NCBI GenBank assembly: GCA_017478105.1
Contig: JAFVEF010000006.1
Coordinates: forward strand, 1 to 53,837
Origin: Bacilli bacterium
GTDB taxonomy: Bacteria > Bacillota_I > Bacilli_A > RF39 > UBA660
DNA: 53,837 nucleotides
Direction: 5' to 3'
Below, in pieces: positions 9,666 to 19,974 of the stretch. The notes beneath the pieces were generated by a model that made no database searches, had not been told where the DNA came from, and saw only the letters and a program-made list of their open reading frames with translations. How positions within the stretch are numbered: position 1 is the stretch's first letter; the number at the start of each line of letters is the position of its first letter. The position numbers and the translations under genes are program-made.

Positions 9666-10352
9666 TTAAATATCAAAATTAAATAATTTCCAATACCCTT
9701 CTTTTTCAGGAAAATACTTAAATTTTAGAACCTCTTTAGTAACTGGATGAACAAATTCAAGATAGTAACTAAACAAACAGATTTGTTCTCGATCTTCTAC
9801 TCCATACTTTTGATCGCCTAATAAATAATGTCCTCGTGAAGAAAACTGAACTCTAATTTGGTGATGTCTACCAGTTTTTAATGTAATATCTACTAAACTA
9901 CAATCATTCTCTTTATTATAAGATAAACATTTATATTCAAGAATTGCCTTTTTTCCCTTTGGAGAAACAAAACTTTTTCCATCATTACCTCTTTCAATAT
10001 AATCTACAAGTGTATCATCATATACCCTTCCATGAACAATAGCTAAGTATTTCTTAACAACTTCATGATTAGAAAAAGAAGAACTTAATCTACCAGCCGC
10101 TTTACTAGTACGTGCAAAAACCATAATTCCCGAAACCGGTCTATCTAATCTATGAACAAGTCCTAAATAAACATTACCTGGTTTATTATACTTTTTCTTA
10201 ATATAATCTTTTATTAAATCAACCATTGATAAATCATTAGTATTATCACCTTGACTTAATATATTATAAGGTTTTACTACAACTATTATATGATTATCTT
10301 CATATAGTACATTTAAATTATTCATTACTTTCCCATCTTCCATAAATACCAC
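9666..10352 (-). CDS. RluA-family pseudouridine synthase (likely start MNNLNV)
   Basis: VVVKP, HRLDRPVSG catalytic motif, TGRHHQIRV, LLGD.KYG. Confidence 0.92.
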   Translation of the reverse strand: MVFMEDGKVMNNLNVLYEDNHIIVVVKPYNILSQGDNTNDLSMVDLIKDYIKKKYNKPGNVYLGLVHRLDRPVSGIMVFARTSKAAGRLSSSFSNHEVVKKYLAIVHGRVYDDTLVDYIERGNDGKSFVSPKGKKAILEYKCLSYNKENDCSLVDITLKTGRHHQIRVQFSSRGHYLLGDQKYGVEDREQICLFSYYLEFVHPVTKEVLKFKYFPEKEGYWKLFNFDI

Positions 10353-11190
10353 AAGGTAATATTAAATTATTATTAGTAATAGAAAGACCTACTTCCCCGC
10401 AACTTACTTTACCTAGACATTTTTTATTTACAGTCAAATTAAGTAAATTATAAAGAGTAGTAGCAGATAACCCTGTAGTATAAGAATTTATTAAAAAGAA
10501 CAATGGCTTATCACTCAATAATTCACTACATAAAGTAACTAAATTAGTAAGATCCTTTTCAATATCCCAAACTTCACCATTAGCTCCTCTTCCATAACTA
10601 GGAGGATCCATTATAATAGCATCATACTTATTTCCTCTCCTAATTTCTCTTTTAACAAACTTAACTACATCGTCAACTATATATCTAATATGATCTCCTT
10701 GATAACCACTACTATTAACATTCTCTTTACACCAATCAACCATTCCTCTACTTGAATCAACATGAGTAACAAAAGCCCCAGCACTTAAACAAGCAACAGT
10801 AGCCCCACCAGTATATGCAAATAAGTTCAATACTTTTATTTCTCTTCCACTTCTTTTTATCTTTTCCATCATATATTTCCAATTAACAGCCTGTTCAGGA
10901 AATAAACCAGTATGTTTAAATCCCATCTGTTTAATATGAAATACTAAATTCTTATAACCAATTTTCCAAGATGGTGGAACATTTTTTAAATTTTCCCAAT
11001 GTCCTCCACCTTTATTACTCCTATGATAAACTGCATCTATTTTACCTTTATATTTTTCTAATAAATCTCCATTATCCCATATTATTTGAGGATCAGGTCT
11101 TAATAAAAAAATATTTCCCCATCTTTCATATTTCATACCAAGAGAAGCATCTATTATTTCATAGTCATTAAAATCATCCACAACTAACAC
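10318..11190 (-). CDS. Class I SAM-dependent methyltransferase (RlmI/YwbD-like)
   Basis: KHTGLFPEQ, VLNLFAYTGG, VDSS, IIMDPPSYG. Confidence 0.88.
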   Translation of the reverse strand: MLVVDDFNDYEIIDASLGMKYERWGNIFLLRPDPQIIWDNGDLLEKYKGKIDAVYHRSNKGGGHWENLKNVPPSWKIGYKNLVFHIKQMGFKHTGLFPEQAVNWKYMMEKIKRSGREIKVLNLFAYTGGATVACLSAGAFVTHVDSSRGMVDWCKENVNSSGYQGDHIRYIVDDVVKFVKREIRRGNKYDAIIMDPPSYGRGANGEVWDIEKDLTNLVTLCSELLSDKPLFFLINSYTTGLSATTLYNLLNLTVNKKCLGKVSCGEVGLSITNNNLILPCGIYGRWESNE

Positions 11191-11238
11191 AATAATCCCT
11201 CATTTCCCATTAAGTATATCATATAAAGAAAAAAACAT

Positions 11239-11943
11239 CTATAAAGATGTTACATCAGATCCACTAATTATAGACTTACAGTAGCTACAACGAACTTTTC
11301 CCCTTTTATCAACATCGTTTAAAGCCCCACAATTACTGCAATGAACAGTTTCTAAATCACTAAATACTTTTCTCTTCTCAATTGTATAATATATAATCTC
11401 TCCATCTACTTCTTGAATCCTTATCCCATTAATTAATCCTTTATTATTCAAATATACTAAATCATCTAAAACTTGTTTTCTTAAACTCTTAACATCCAAA
11501 TAATTAGGATTACTAACTAAAGCAGCTATCTCATCTACTTGTAAATGAGACCCATAAATATATGGTTTATACTTATCAAGTAATTTTTCATCTTCACTAC
11601 TACAAGGATATAATTTTAAATTAACTGTATCAACATACAAATCACCAATTAATCGCTTATTTTTTAAATATCTAATCTTTATAATACATTCAGGTACAGT
11701 AGTCTTAGTAGCATCACTTATCTTTTTTATATCATATACCCCACCACTAACCATTTTATAAATATTATTTAATTTAGCATCAAAATTCTTATCACTAGGA
11801 TATATTTCTCCATAGAACTTAGCATATCTTTGAAAAGAATTCTCATTAACATGTTTTATATCTATATTCTTATTTACTCTTAATAGTTTTGTAAGAAAAA
11901 ATACAAAAATAGCTATACTTACTATTATTATCATGTATCCCAA
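11239..11943 (-). CDS. Hypothetical single-TM protein with C-terminal zinc ribbon
   Basis: N-terminal TM; CSNCGA ... CSYC at the C-terminus. Confidence 0.7.
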   Translation of the reverse strand: MGYMIIIVSIAIFVFFLTKLLRVNKNIDIKHVNENSFQRYAKFYGEIYPSDKNFDAKLNNIYKMVSGGVYDIKKISDATKTTVPECIIKIRYLKNKRLIGDLYVDTVNLKLYPCSSEDEKLLDKYKPYIYGSHLQVDEIAALVSNPNYLDVKSLRKQVLDDLVYLNNKGLINGIRIQEVDGEIIYYTIEKRKVFSDLETVHCSNCGALNDVDKRGKVRCSYCKSIISGSDVTSL

Positions 11944-11952
11944 TTAAATCAC

Positions 11953-12759
11953 CTACTCTGAAATATTAAATATTTGTCCATAATCAGTAATAATATTGTT
12001 TCCATTATATGCAATTATTCTATCTTTATACTTAGTTAAAACTTCATTCAATACAAACTCATATTCACAAACAACATCTACATATTTAGAACATACATCT
12101 CTATTAGAAATATTCATTCGATATATTCCTTTATCAGAAATTAAATAAGTTCTTAAAGAATTTCCTGCATAAAAGAAATCAACTATATTACCATACTTAC
12201 TTTTATCATAAATAATATTAGTAGATACTATAGAATAATTATTATTATCATCCTTACTTAAAACATAATCATAAATATTACCATCTGCTTTTAAAATATA
12301 ATATTCAAGTTCACTAATACTTTGTACCTTTAATATATCTTCATCTCTAAGTAATAAACTATATAAAGGATATAACTCATCTAAATTATTAACTAAAGAA
12401 TAAGCTTCATTCTTATCAGTTGCCTTAATATAATATAATAAATTATCATCTGCTTTAACAACATCAGTATTATAAATAGCTTTTATTTTATGCGTAAAAA
12501 CACTCTTCTTACAATTCTCATCATTAGAAAATATCCCACTTAAAGATACGTCATATAATTCCCCATTTTGATTTACATAACCACCGTCGATTAAATATTT
12601 AATCTTATCAAGAGGATCATTTTTATCTTTAGAATAAACCCTCTCACACTTAAATAATCCATTCATACTATAGCCTTGATGTCTTATATCTCTAGTAGTA
12701 TTTCCATTACAACCAGTACATATAAAAGTTAAAAGAATTAGAATTAAAACTTTTTTCAT
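11953..12759 (-). CDS. Putative lipoprotein
   Basis: MKK plus hydrophobic stretch plus lipobox-like ICTGC. Confidence 0.7.
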   Translation of the reverse strand: MKKVLILILLTFICTGCNGNTTRDIRHQGYSMNGLFKCERVYSKDKNDPLDKIKYLIDGGYVNQNGELYDVSLSGIFSNDENCKKSVFTHKIKAIYNTDVVKADDNLLYYIKATDKNEAYSLVNNLDELYPLYSLLLRDEDILKVQSISELEYYILKADGNIYDYVLSKDDNNNYSIVSTNIIYDKSKYGNIVDFFYAGNSLRTYLISDKGIYRMNISNRDVCSKYVDVVCEYEFVLNEVLTKYKDRIIAYNGNNIITDYGQIFNISE

Positions 12760-12822
12760 ATAATCACTACCTCTATTATAAATATATCATAATTTATAAA
12801 GAAAAAAAACTACTACCGTAGT

Positions 12823-13119
12823 CTATTTTTTATATTTCTTTAATCTCTTTTTAATCATAAAAACTAAATCCATAGAACCATTAATTCTATTTAATACAAT
12901 CAAAGCATCCTGTAATTTTACTCTATCACTTACTTTATCCTTTACAAGCATTGCCTCTTCTTTATAATTAAAATTATCAATAGGATTAACCTCAATAAAA
13001 TTCTCTATATATTCTTTAATATCTTGTAATACAAATTCTTTTAATGGATACTCATCCATTAAACTAACTCCATAATATCCTCCAACTAAATATCTAAATT
13101 GATCTTTTAACTCTTCCAT
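12823..13119 (-). CDS. Small hypothetical protein
   Basis: RBS AGGTGA, 98 aa ORF with genome-typical composition. Confidence 0.65.
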   Translation of the reverse strand: MEELKDQFRYLVGGYYGVSLMDEYPLKEFVLQDIKEYIENFIEVNPIDNFNYKEEAMLVKDKVSDRVKLQDALIVLNRINGSMDLVFMIKKRLKKYKK

Positions 13120-13208
13120 AGAATCACCTAAAAATATAATAACAAAAAATCGAAATAAAATACTACTAAAAATATAATAATTATGATAAAATTAAACTAG
13201 GTGAGACT

Positions 13209-13796
13209 ATGGAGAATAAAAAAGACCTAAGATTTATTATTATATTCATAGTAATTGTTGGTATTTCTTTAATATATCTAGCCCAAGCATCATATGCAAA
13301 ATACCGAAGGCAAATAGATGGAAATGTAGAAGCAACAGTTGCTCAATGGAATATTAAAGTAAATAATGAACTAATAAATAATAAAAGTGTTTTAACAAAT
13401 GATATAATTCCTTATTTAGAAAGCAATCCTTATATAAAACAAAATGTAATAGCCCCAGGAGGAACAGGATATTTTGATTTAAGTATAGATGGTACTGAAG
13501 TTGACGTAGACTTTACATATCAAATAACTATTGAAAATGATGAATTAGCTCCTCTAGAAGACTTAATAATAACTCGTTACGAACAAGACAGAGTTGCTTA
13601 TAATTACAATTCTGAAACAGGAATAACTGGTAATATAACTAAAAATACAGGTCCAGTAAATGTAAGAGTATACTTTATGTGGAATGATTCAGAAACAAAC
13701 GTAATGGATAATCAAGCAGATACTGAATATGCAACACAAACAGAAAATCCAATTGCTTATATAATAGCAAAAGTTCGCTTCAAACAAAAACAATAA
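13209..13796 (+). CDS. SipW-dependent signal peptide protein (TasA/camelysin-like fibre subunit)
   Basis: TM then ASYA|KY; VAQWNIKVN, IAPGGTG motifs shared with 13822 and 20593. Confidence 0.75.
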   Translation: MENKKDLRFIIIFIVIVGISLIYLAQASYAKYRRQIDGNVEATVAQWNIKVNNELINNKSVLTNDIIPYLESNPYIKQNVIAPGGTGYFDLSIDGTEVDVDFTYQITIENDELAPLEDLIITRYEQDRVAYNYNSETGITGNITKNTGPVNVRVYFMWNDSETNVMDNQADTEYATQTENPIAYIIAKVRFKQKQ

Positions 13797-13823
13797 AAAA
13801 GATCACTCATGTGATCTTTTTTT
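13795..13823. terminator. Bidirectional intrinsic terminator between convergent fibre-subunit genes
   Basis: AAAAAAGATCAC-TCAT-GTGATCTTTTTT. Confidence 0.75.
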
Positions 13824-14556
13824 ATGACCCTAATCTTTGTTGAGCTAATAATCTAAGTGTTAAACTTAAACAAGATTTTCCAGTATCCTTCTCATACAAA
13901 GCACATTGCATACCGAAGAACGAATCAGCATCATCTTTTTCAATATATAATCTATTTTTATTATTATCAAATACAGTACTATCACTAACTTCAAATTCTA
14001 CATACTCTTCACCATTATTTATATAATATACAAAACCAGGATCATATGTATAAACAGAATCCATTGTGTAATACTTATCAGTTTCCTCAAAGCCCCAATG
14101 AACAATAGTATCAAAACTAATATATTGATTTATTCCAATGTAATTAGCACTAGGAGTAAAATTAACTTTGAAAGGATAATTAGTTTTTAAATAAGTAGCC
14201 GGATCATTAACACTAATAGTATGACCCAACAATGTAAATGAAGTAACTTCAAAACTAAAATCCGCAATAACATCACTATGATTATAGACCGTAACAGTCT
14301 TAGCATAATCTGGCATACCTGGTTTCATTTTAGCAATATTTATCTCAACATCATGAGTTTCTACATCATCTTCTTTAAATTCAATATCCCAAGCCGCAAC
14401 AGTTGCATCCAAACTTAAACTAGCATTAGCTGAAAAAGCAAACCACGCAAAAATATTAACACCTAAAGTAAAAAGTGCTAAGAAAATACTAACATACTTC
14501 TTCTTGATTATAGCTTTTTTCCAATTTTCACGTTTTTCGTAGCTTGTATCTTTCAT
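13822..14556 (-). CDS. SipW-dependent signal peptide protein
   Basis: Basic N-region, TM, NIFA|WF; VAAWDI, MKPG motifs. Confidence 0.75.
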   Translation of the reverse strand: MKDTSYEKRENWKKAIIKKKYVSIFLALFTLGVNIFAWFAFSANASLSLDATVAAWDIEFKEDDVETHDVEINIAKMKPGMPDYAKTVTVYNHSDVIADFSFEVTSFTLLGHTISVNDPATYLKTNYPFKVNFTPSANYIGINQYISFDTIVHWGFEETDKYYTMDSVYTYDPGFVYYINNGEEYVEFEVSDSTVFDNNKNRLYIEKDDADSFFGMQCALYEKDTGKSCLSLTLRLLAQQRLGS

Positions 14557-14568
14557 CTAATCCTTCCT

Positions 14569-15228
14569 TTATAATATTTCTATTTCATCTTCTTTTTTCT
14601 TTTCCACAACTTCTTCTTTTTTTTCTACTTTTTCCACTTCTTTTGTGGATTTTTTCTTTTTCTCAATAAGTTTTAACTCATTCTTTTCAACTTTAATATC
14701 AGTAATAGTTTGTAATACCTCAAGTACTATTATTAAAACTAATGGACAAAAAACAAGTAAAAAGAATCCAAGTTGTGTTTTAACTATATGATTTATTTGA
14801 GTAATTATAGGAACTACTCCAACAACTTTACCTAGTATTTGACTTTCTTCTATCTTAGGATCTTCTGCTAAAGAATTTACACCTTTAGTCGTAAAAAGTC
14901 TTCCCTTATCAGTATCTTCAATATTTATTATTCTATGTGTAATAAGCATTCCTTCAAGTCCACCCTTATTACCTCTATAGGCAATATCATCACCTATTTT
15001 TAATTTACTAATATCATAATCTTTAACCGCAATAACATCATTTATATCATAAACTCCAGCCATAGACCCAGTCGCAACAGTAAAAAGTCTATATCCAAAA
15101 ACACTATTATTACCAGTCATTCTTTGAATAATAATAAAACTTAAATATAAAATTATTATACATATAAAACAAACTTTTATAATACCAGTAACTATTTTAA
15201 AAACAATATTATCTAATATTTTTTTCAT
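14569..15228 (-). CDS. sipW: SipW-type (ER-type, S26B) signal peptidase I
   Basis: VATGSM (catalytic Ser), GDDI, LITHRI (His), TKG; flanking TMs; likely ATG at 15228. Confidence 0.88.
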   Translation of the reverse strand: MKKILDNIVFKIVTGIIKVCFICIIILYLSFIIIQRMTGNNSVFGYRLFTVATGSMAGVYDINDVIAVKDYDISKLKIGDDIAYRGNKGGLEGMLITHRIINIEDTDKGRLFTTKGVNSLAEDPKIEESQILGKVVGVVPIITQINHIVKTQLGFFLLVFCPLVLIIVLEVLQTITDIKVEKNELKLIEKKKKSTKEVEKVEKKEEVVEKKKEDEIEIL

Positions 15229-15229
15229 C

Positions 15230-16360
15230 TCATGCCTCAACTTTAAACATATCTAATAAATCATCTATACTCTTAACTTCTCTATCTAATCTATTATCCA
15301 ATATATTTATAATGCTCTTTCTTCTTTTAATATTCTTCTCTTTAATCATCTCTATTTGTTTTAAAAATACATCTTTTACTCTATCCTCAGTAAGTAAAGG
15401 ATCAGTTTCTAATAAATTATCAATTAATCTTACAATCATTTGTTGAATAATATTAGTTTCATTAGTACTTTGACTACTACTTATAAAATTCTTATTCGCA
15501 ATAAAAGCCATTAAAAACGCTTGATCATATTCATTTTTTAATACACCTTTATCAAAATAATCTCTTTTTTCTTTTTCTTTTTTATCTTTACTTTGAAAAG
15601 ACTGAATATAATTCCATAACTCCTCAGCTTTACGGAAATTAGGATTTTTTAAAATAACATTAGTTTTCTTAATAGGACTTCTAACAGGAGCCACATGAAG
15701 TCTTGTAAGTGTCTGCATTAACTCTGTCCCAAAGAATCCATCTATTTGCTGCTTTGCTTTTTTAATTCTTTCCGCAAAAGAAAAACCATTCTTACTACCA
15801 CTATGTTCCTTTATACTTTTAGAAACATCACTCATATCAATAGATATTTTTAAGTTTTCCCCAAATACCTTAGTATTAGCTTCATACTTCATGATATTCT
15901 TATCCATACAATAACTAGAACCAGAAGTAGCTTCTACTCTTTGTTCAAAAAACATTCTTAAATTATTAAGTAAAGTAAAGATAAATCTATTTTCATAAGT
16001 ATCCATACTTTCCTCTTTATTTATATTAAGTATCTTAGAAGGTTTAACATCACCATTATCTTCAACTTTTTGAATTAAATTAGTATGTTGAGTAAGATGG
16101 ATAACAGATTCAACAGTAACTTTACGAGCAAGTTCTACTTTAACGATTTCTTCTTCATTTATAATGAATCTCTTTGGATTACGTAAGATATTATCAATAT
16201 ATGGTAAAACATCTTCTAAGATATCTAACCACTCATAATCAAAATCTTTCATATCGTAATCTTTCTTTACGAATAAAGTAGAATTCAAGTTATTTAAGAA
16301 CACTTCGTCATCATCAAGTTTTTCATCTTCTTCTAAAACAACTTCTTCTTGATTATCCAT
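15230..16360 (-). CDS. DUF2357 (McrC-like N-terminal domain) protein with no recognisable nuclease domain
   Basis: NPKRF..EE, DTYENRF, TNVILKNPNF...LW motifs; directly downstream of the McrB-like gene; C-terminus helical/charged. Confidence 0.72.
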   Translation of the reverse strand: MDNQEEVVLEEDEKLDDDEVFLNNLNSTLFVKKDYDMKDFDYEWLDILEDVLPYIDNILRNPKRFIINEEEIVKVELARKVTVESVIHLTQHTNLIQKVEDNGDVKPSKILNINKEESMDTYENRFIFTLLNNLRMFFEQRVEATSGSSYCMDKNIMKYEANTKVFGENLKISIDMSDVSKSIKEHSGSKNGFSFAERIKKAKQQIDGFFGTELMQTLTRLHVAPVRSPIKKTNVILKNPNFRKAEELWNYIQSFQSKDKKEKEKRDYFDKGVLKNEYDQAFLMAFIANKNFISSSQSTNETNIIQQMIVRLIDNLLETDPLLTEDRVKDVFLKQIEMIKEKNIKRRKSIINILDNRLDREVKSIDDLLDMFKVEA

Positions 16361-16376
16361 CTAAATTACCTCCTTT

Positions 16377-17915
16377 TTATACCATCTTCTTAAGTCTTAA
16401 TAAATAGTCTTTACACTCCTTAAAGTTTTCTTTTCCAAAACTCTTATCTAAGAATTCAATAAATGGATCAATTTCATCACGAATATAAGCTAAGTTTAAT
16501 TGTTCAAACTTACGTAAAATCTTACGAGCTATATAATAATCTACTCCATCTACTTCTCTTCCACCACAACCAACATAAGTTGCGACAAAGTCTTTCATCT
16601 GTTTAACAATACGGTTACCGAAAGCTATACGGAAATGTTTAATAACATAATCATCCATATCATTTATTTTAGCTTCCATCTCACTAGTTAATGGATATTT
16701 ACTCTTAGCTTCAGCAAATAATCCTTCCAAGTAAGAACTATTAATATTCATCGCATCTGTATCAATAGGTTCAAATACTTGTCCTTTATCATTAATATCA
16801 ATTGGCATAGCACGGTCATACACCTTATCAGTAACAGCAAATGTAGAATCATCGTTATTGATTGTACCAATATACCACATATTTCCAGGTATTTGTAACT
16901 TACCTTGTTTTAACCTCTTAGGATCATTTGGCCAAACACTTGGAACTAACTCAATTATCCACTCATCACGAGAAGGCATTTCTAGAATAGATAACATTTC
17001 TGCAAAATAGTACTCAACACGAGCGATATTCATTTCATCTAGTACAGTTACATAAACATCATCTGTATATCCAGCTAAATACATACCTTTTAAAACTTCA
17101 GTCTCATTAAACTTCTTTGTAAATTCGTTGAAATAACCAAATAACTCAGTTCTATCACGCCATGAAGGTTGAACAGAAGCGATAATTGCATCATTCTTAA
17201 TAAATTTACCCCAAGCATAAGCAAGTGAAGTTTTACCAGTACCAGAAATACCTTGTAGGATAACTAACTTAGTAGCACTTAATCCTGATATAAATAATCT
17301 AATCATTTCACTTGTATAATAAAGTCTTAACTTAGAAGCAGCAAAGTTTCTAAATATTTCAACTAACTCTGGTAAAGTAAAAGTATTACCATAATTTTGT
17401 ACTTTATAATCTTTAAATTGTAAATCAATCGCATGTAATTTAGAAAATCTGATATCTCCATCTTCTTCATCATCACTAAGAGTCTCAGTTTCACCAGTCT
17501 CTTCATTAGTAATAGTAGCCTCTTCTCCAGGTTTTAAACCTAATTGAGAAACTTTCATCGCAAGAATCTTTTCTTTTTCTTGAACTAAATTCGCAACTTC
17601 TCTATTTAATTCACCAATTTCTTGTAACATTGATTCTTGTTCAACTAAAGTCTTTCTAAATTTTAAATACTTTCTAATAAAGAATAGAATAAGCATAACA
17701 ATTAATCCAAGAACAACAAACATCACAATAACAGCTATAACTACTAAAACCCATTCTCCACCAGTAAAATCTTTTCTATATCTGTCAATTATATATAAAT
17801 AATCTGGTATACTAAACATTTGAATTAATCCTTTAAAGAATCCACCTATTATAGATCCAACTCCTTCAAAGAAGACATTCATAAATTCAAATAAGAATCT
17901 AACATATGTATCCAC
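16377..17915 (-). CDS. McrB-family AAA+ NTPase with N-terminal transmembrane and coiled-coil segment
   Basis: Walker A GISGTGKT, VQPSW..LFGYFN, Walker B LDEMNIARVEYYF, GTINNDDST (NxD-type signature), DKVYDRA; TM at ~aa 55-80; GTG start. Confidence 0.85.
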   Translation of the reverse strand: MDTYVRFLFEFMNVFFEGVGSIIGGFFKGLIQMFSIPDYLYIIDRYRKDFTGGEWVLVVIAVIVMFVVLGLIVMLILFFIRKYLKFRKTLVEQESMLQEIGELNREVANLVQEKEKILAMKVSQLGLKPGEEATITNEETGETETLSDDEEDGDIRFSKLHAIDLQFKDYKVQNYGNTFTLPELVEIFRNFAASKLRLYYTSEMIRLFISGLSATKLVILQGISGTGKTSLAYAWGKFIKNDAIIASVQPSWRDRTELFGYFNEFTKKFNETEVLKGMYLAGYTDDVYVTVLDEMNIARVEYYFAEMLSILEMPSRDEWIIELVPSVWPNDPKRLKQGKLQIPGNMWYIGTINNDDSTFAVTDKVYDRAMPIDINDKGQVFEPIDTDAMNINSSYLEGLFAEAKSKYPLTSEMEAKINDMDDYVIKHFRIAFGNRIVKQMKDFVATYVGCGGREVDGVDYYIARKILRKFEQLNLAYIRDEIDPFIEFLDKSFGKENFKECKDYLLRLKKMV

Positions 17916-17917
17916 AA

Positions 17918-18979
17918 CTATCCCTCCTCATATAATAAAATATCAATATTTTCATTCTCATAATTAACAAAGAAATCTCTATCTCTATATTTATAATCAA
18001 CAACTATTAAATAAGAGAAAAATCCCTCATTAACAATATTTTCAGTTTTTAAATAAATATCATTTATATGAGAATAATCTTGTAAACAAGCATAAGTAAA
18101 TGAATCATCAAAAGCACTTCTTTGATTTAAAAATATATTATAATCAATTCCTAATACAACATATTTTTTAAATAAAGGATTATCTATCAAATCATATATC
18201 TTATCAATAATTTTTCCTCTACTAATACAATCACTAGAAAGTTCTAATATATATACTTTACTCTTTTTCTTATCTAATAAATTTTTAAGTAATTCTAAAG
18301 ATATTTTTTGAATTAGACATTCAATCTTTTTAATATCTAACATATCTTCTTCATATACCTTATCTACCATTAACTTCTTATAATTATCTAATGATTTAAT
18401 TTGTTGTTTTAAACTAATAAAGTCTATATCATCATGGCGTTCAAACTTACGACTTGCTATAGTAAAATAATTATCTTTGTAATTTAATAATTTATTATTA
18501 GTATTATAAGTCTCTCTAACATAACTAACTAATTTATTATCTAAATTACCAATCATACTCTTTACAATTTCATTATTATTAACAAAATCTAAAACAACTT
18601 TCTCAATTGAATCTTTACTATCAATATTCAATTGATCAATCTTTATAACTTCTAAAACAAAACCCTTACTTTTCTTAATAAAAGTAACATTTTCACTATA
18701 TTCACTATTACTAACTTCTAATTCATACTCTAAATAATTATGAAGTAACTCTTTCATAGCTCCATCTAATTCTAAAATTAAATTATCTATACTATAAGTT
18801 CCATTCTCAATTGTATCAAAAACACTATAATAATAATTATCAACATAAGTTTTAAAATACATTTTAAATACATCTTTCGCAAATTTATCATGTCTTTGAT
18901 ATATCAAACAAGCATATTCTACTAAGCGATTAATCTTATAATTCATAAAAACACTAATTAAATTATTCACACTAATCAC
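17918..18979 (-). CDS. Hypothetical cytoplasmic protein, first gene of the McrB-like operon
   Basis: 353 aa ORF, 2 bp from the next gene; TGATATAAT extended -10 upstream. Confidence 0.7.
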   Translation of the reverse strand: MISVNNLISVFMNYKINRLVEYACLIYQRHDKFAKDVFKMYFKTYVDNYYYSVFDTIENGTYSIDNLILELDGAMKELLHNYLEYELEVSNSEYSENVTFIKKSKGFVLEVIKIDQLNIDSKDSIEKVVLDFVNNNEIVKSMIGNLDNKLVSYVRETYNTNNKLLNYKDNYFTIASRKFERHDDIDFISLKQQIKSLDNYKKLMVDKVYEEDMLDIKKIECLIQKISLELLKNLLDKKKSKVYILELSSDCISRGKIIDKIYDLIDNPLFKKYVVLGIDYNIFLNQRSAFDDSFTYACLQDYSHINDIYLKTENIVNEGFFSYLIVVDYKYRDRDFFVNYENENIDILLYEEG

Positions 18980-19029
18980 CTATCTTTACTCTTTTATCAT
19001 TATATCATAATTATTTAAATATTTATCTA

Positions 19030-19965
19030 CTAATTTGCAGAAATTACAGAAACTCTAATAATAGAATTTGGGTTTACAACAGGATATGTATAATTCTTTG
19101 AAACATCATCTTTATAAAAGATAATTGAATTACTTGAAGAAGCATTTACTTTAAAAGAAAATTTCTTAACATAATTAAACCCATCAGCTAAAGTAACCTC
19201 TTCATAATTAGTATTCAGTCTCCTTAAAAACAAATTATTTGTCATATCTACTAATAATAAACTAGGATCATATTCAACAGTTACAATAGATGAAAAGCAC
19301 TTATCCTTATCAGTCTGACTTAAATTATTGTAAACATCTACACTTACTTGATCCCCAACATTATAAGTTGAAAAAGCTTCACTAACTTGATAATAAGAAA
19401 TAGAATTAGTGAAATTGATTGTTAAAAACTTAGAATTAACACTATCCACAATATCATAAGAGAAATTACTCTTTAATACTCCTATAGTATAAGTAGCAGA
19501 CATTGTCTTAACATAAGGACTAGTAGAAGTAACTGTTGTAGTAACTACAGCTTGATCTCCTTCATAAAAGTTCTGCTTAGGAGTAACAATTAAACTATAG
19601 TTATCAGTTTGATCCTCAGGATGTAATACTCCTTCAGTCTTACTCAAAGTACAAGTAACACTACTAGGACAATTATAAGATATTTCATAAGTAATATCCG
19701 TCTTAGTATAACGTTCACTATTCTTACGATTATTAATATCTATTGTTAAAGGATAACTATTAACTCCATCCCAGTTATTTATTGAATAATTCTTCCCATT
19801 AACAGCTAAAATAGTACTATTAAAATAAAAACCTTTAGTCTCTAAAATATAACTATTCAAAATATTTTTTATATATCTACCAAAAGTAAAACTAACAAAA
19901 AGAAAAATAAATAATGATACTACAACAATTTTACTGGCAGTTTTATGTTCTCTAATAAATCTCAT
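19030..19965 (-). CDS. SipW-dependent-like secreted protein
   Basis: TM then TFG|RY; beta-rich body. Confidence 0.68.
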   Translation of the reverse strand: MRFIREHKTASKIVVVSLFIFLFVSFTFGRYIKNILNSYILETKGFYFNSTILAVNGKNYSINNWDGVNSYPLTIDINNRKNSERYTKTDITYEISYNCPSSVTCTLSKTEGVLHPEDQTDNYSLIVTPKQNFYEGDQAVVTTTVTSTSPYVKTMSATYTIGVLKSNFSYDIVDSVNSKFLTINFTNSISYYQVSEAFSTYNVGDQVSVDVYNNLSQTDKDKCFSSIVTVEYDPSLLLVDMTNNLFLRRLNTNYEEVTLADGFNYVKKFSFKVNASSSNSIIFYKDDVSKNYTYPVVNPNSIIRVSVISAN

Positions 19966-19974
19966 AGTAACCTC

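Noticed and set aside
10971-11171. Short plus-strand ORF (likewise 26454, 26765, 31394, 34398, 34909, 45465, 46288, 48083, 52522)
   Set aside because: All lie antisense to well-supported genes and lack independent support.
15230-17915. Canonical McrBC restriction system
   Set aside because: No DNA-recognition domain, no visible nuclease motif, a TM anchor and non-defence neighbours; kept only as an alternative hypothesis.
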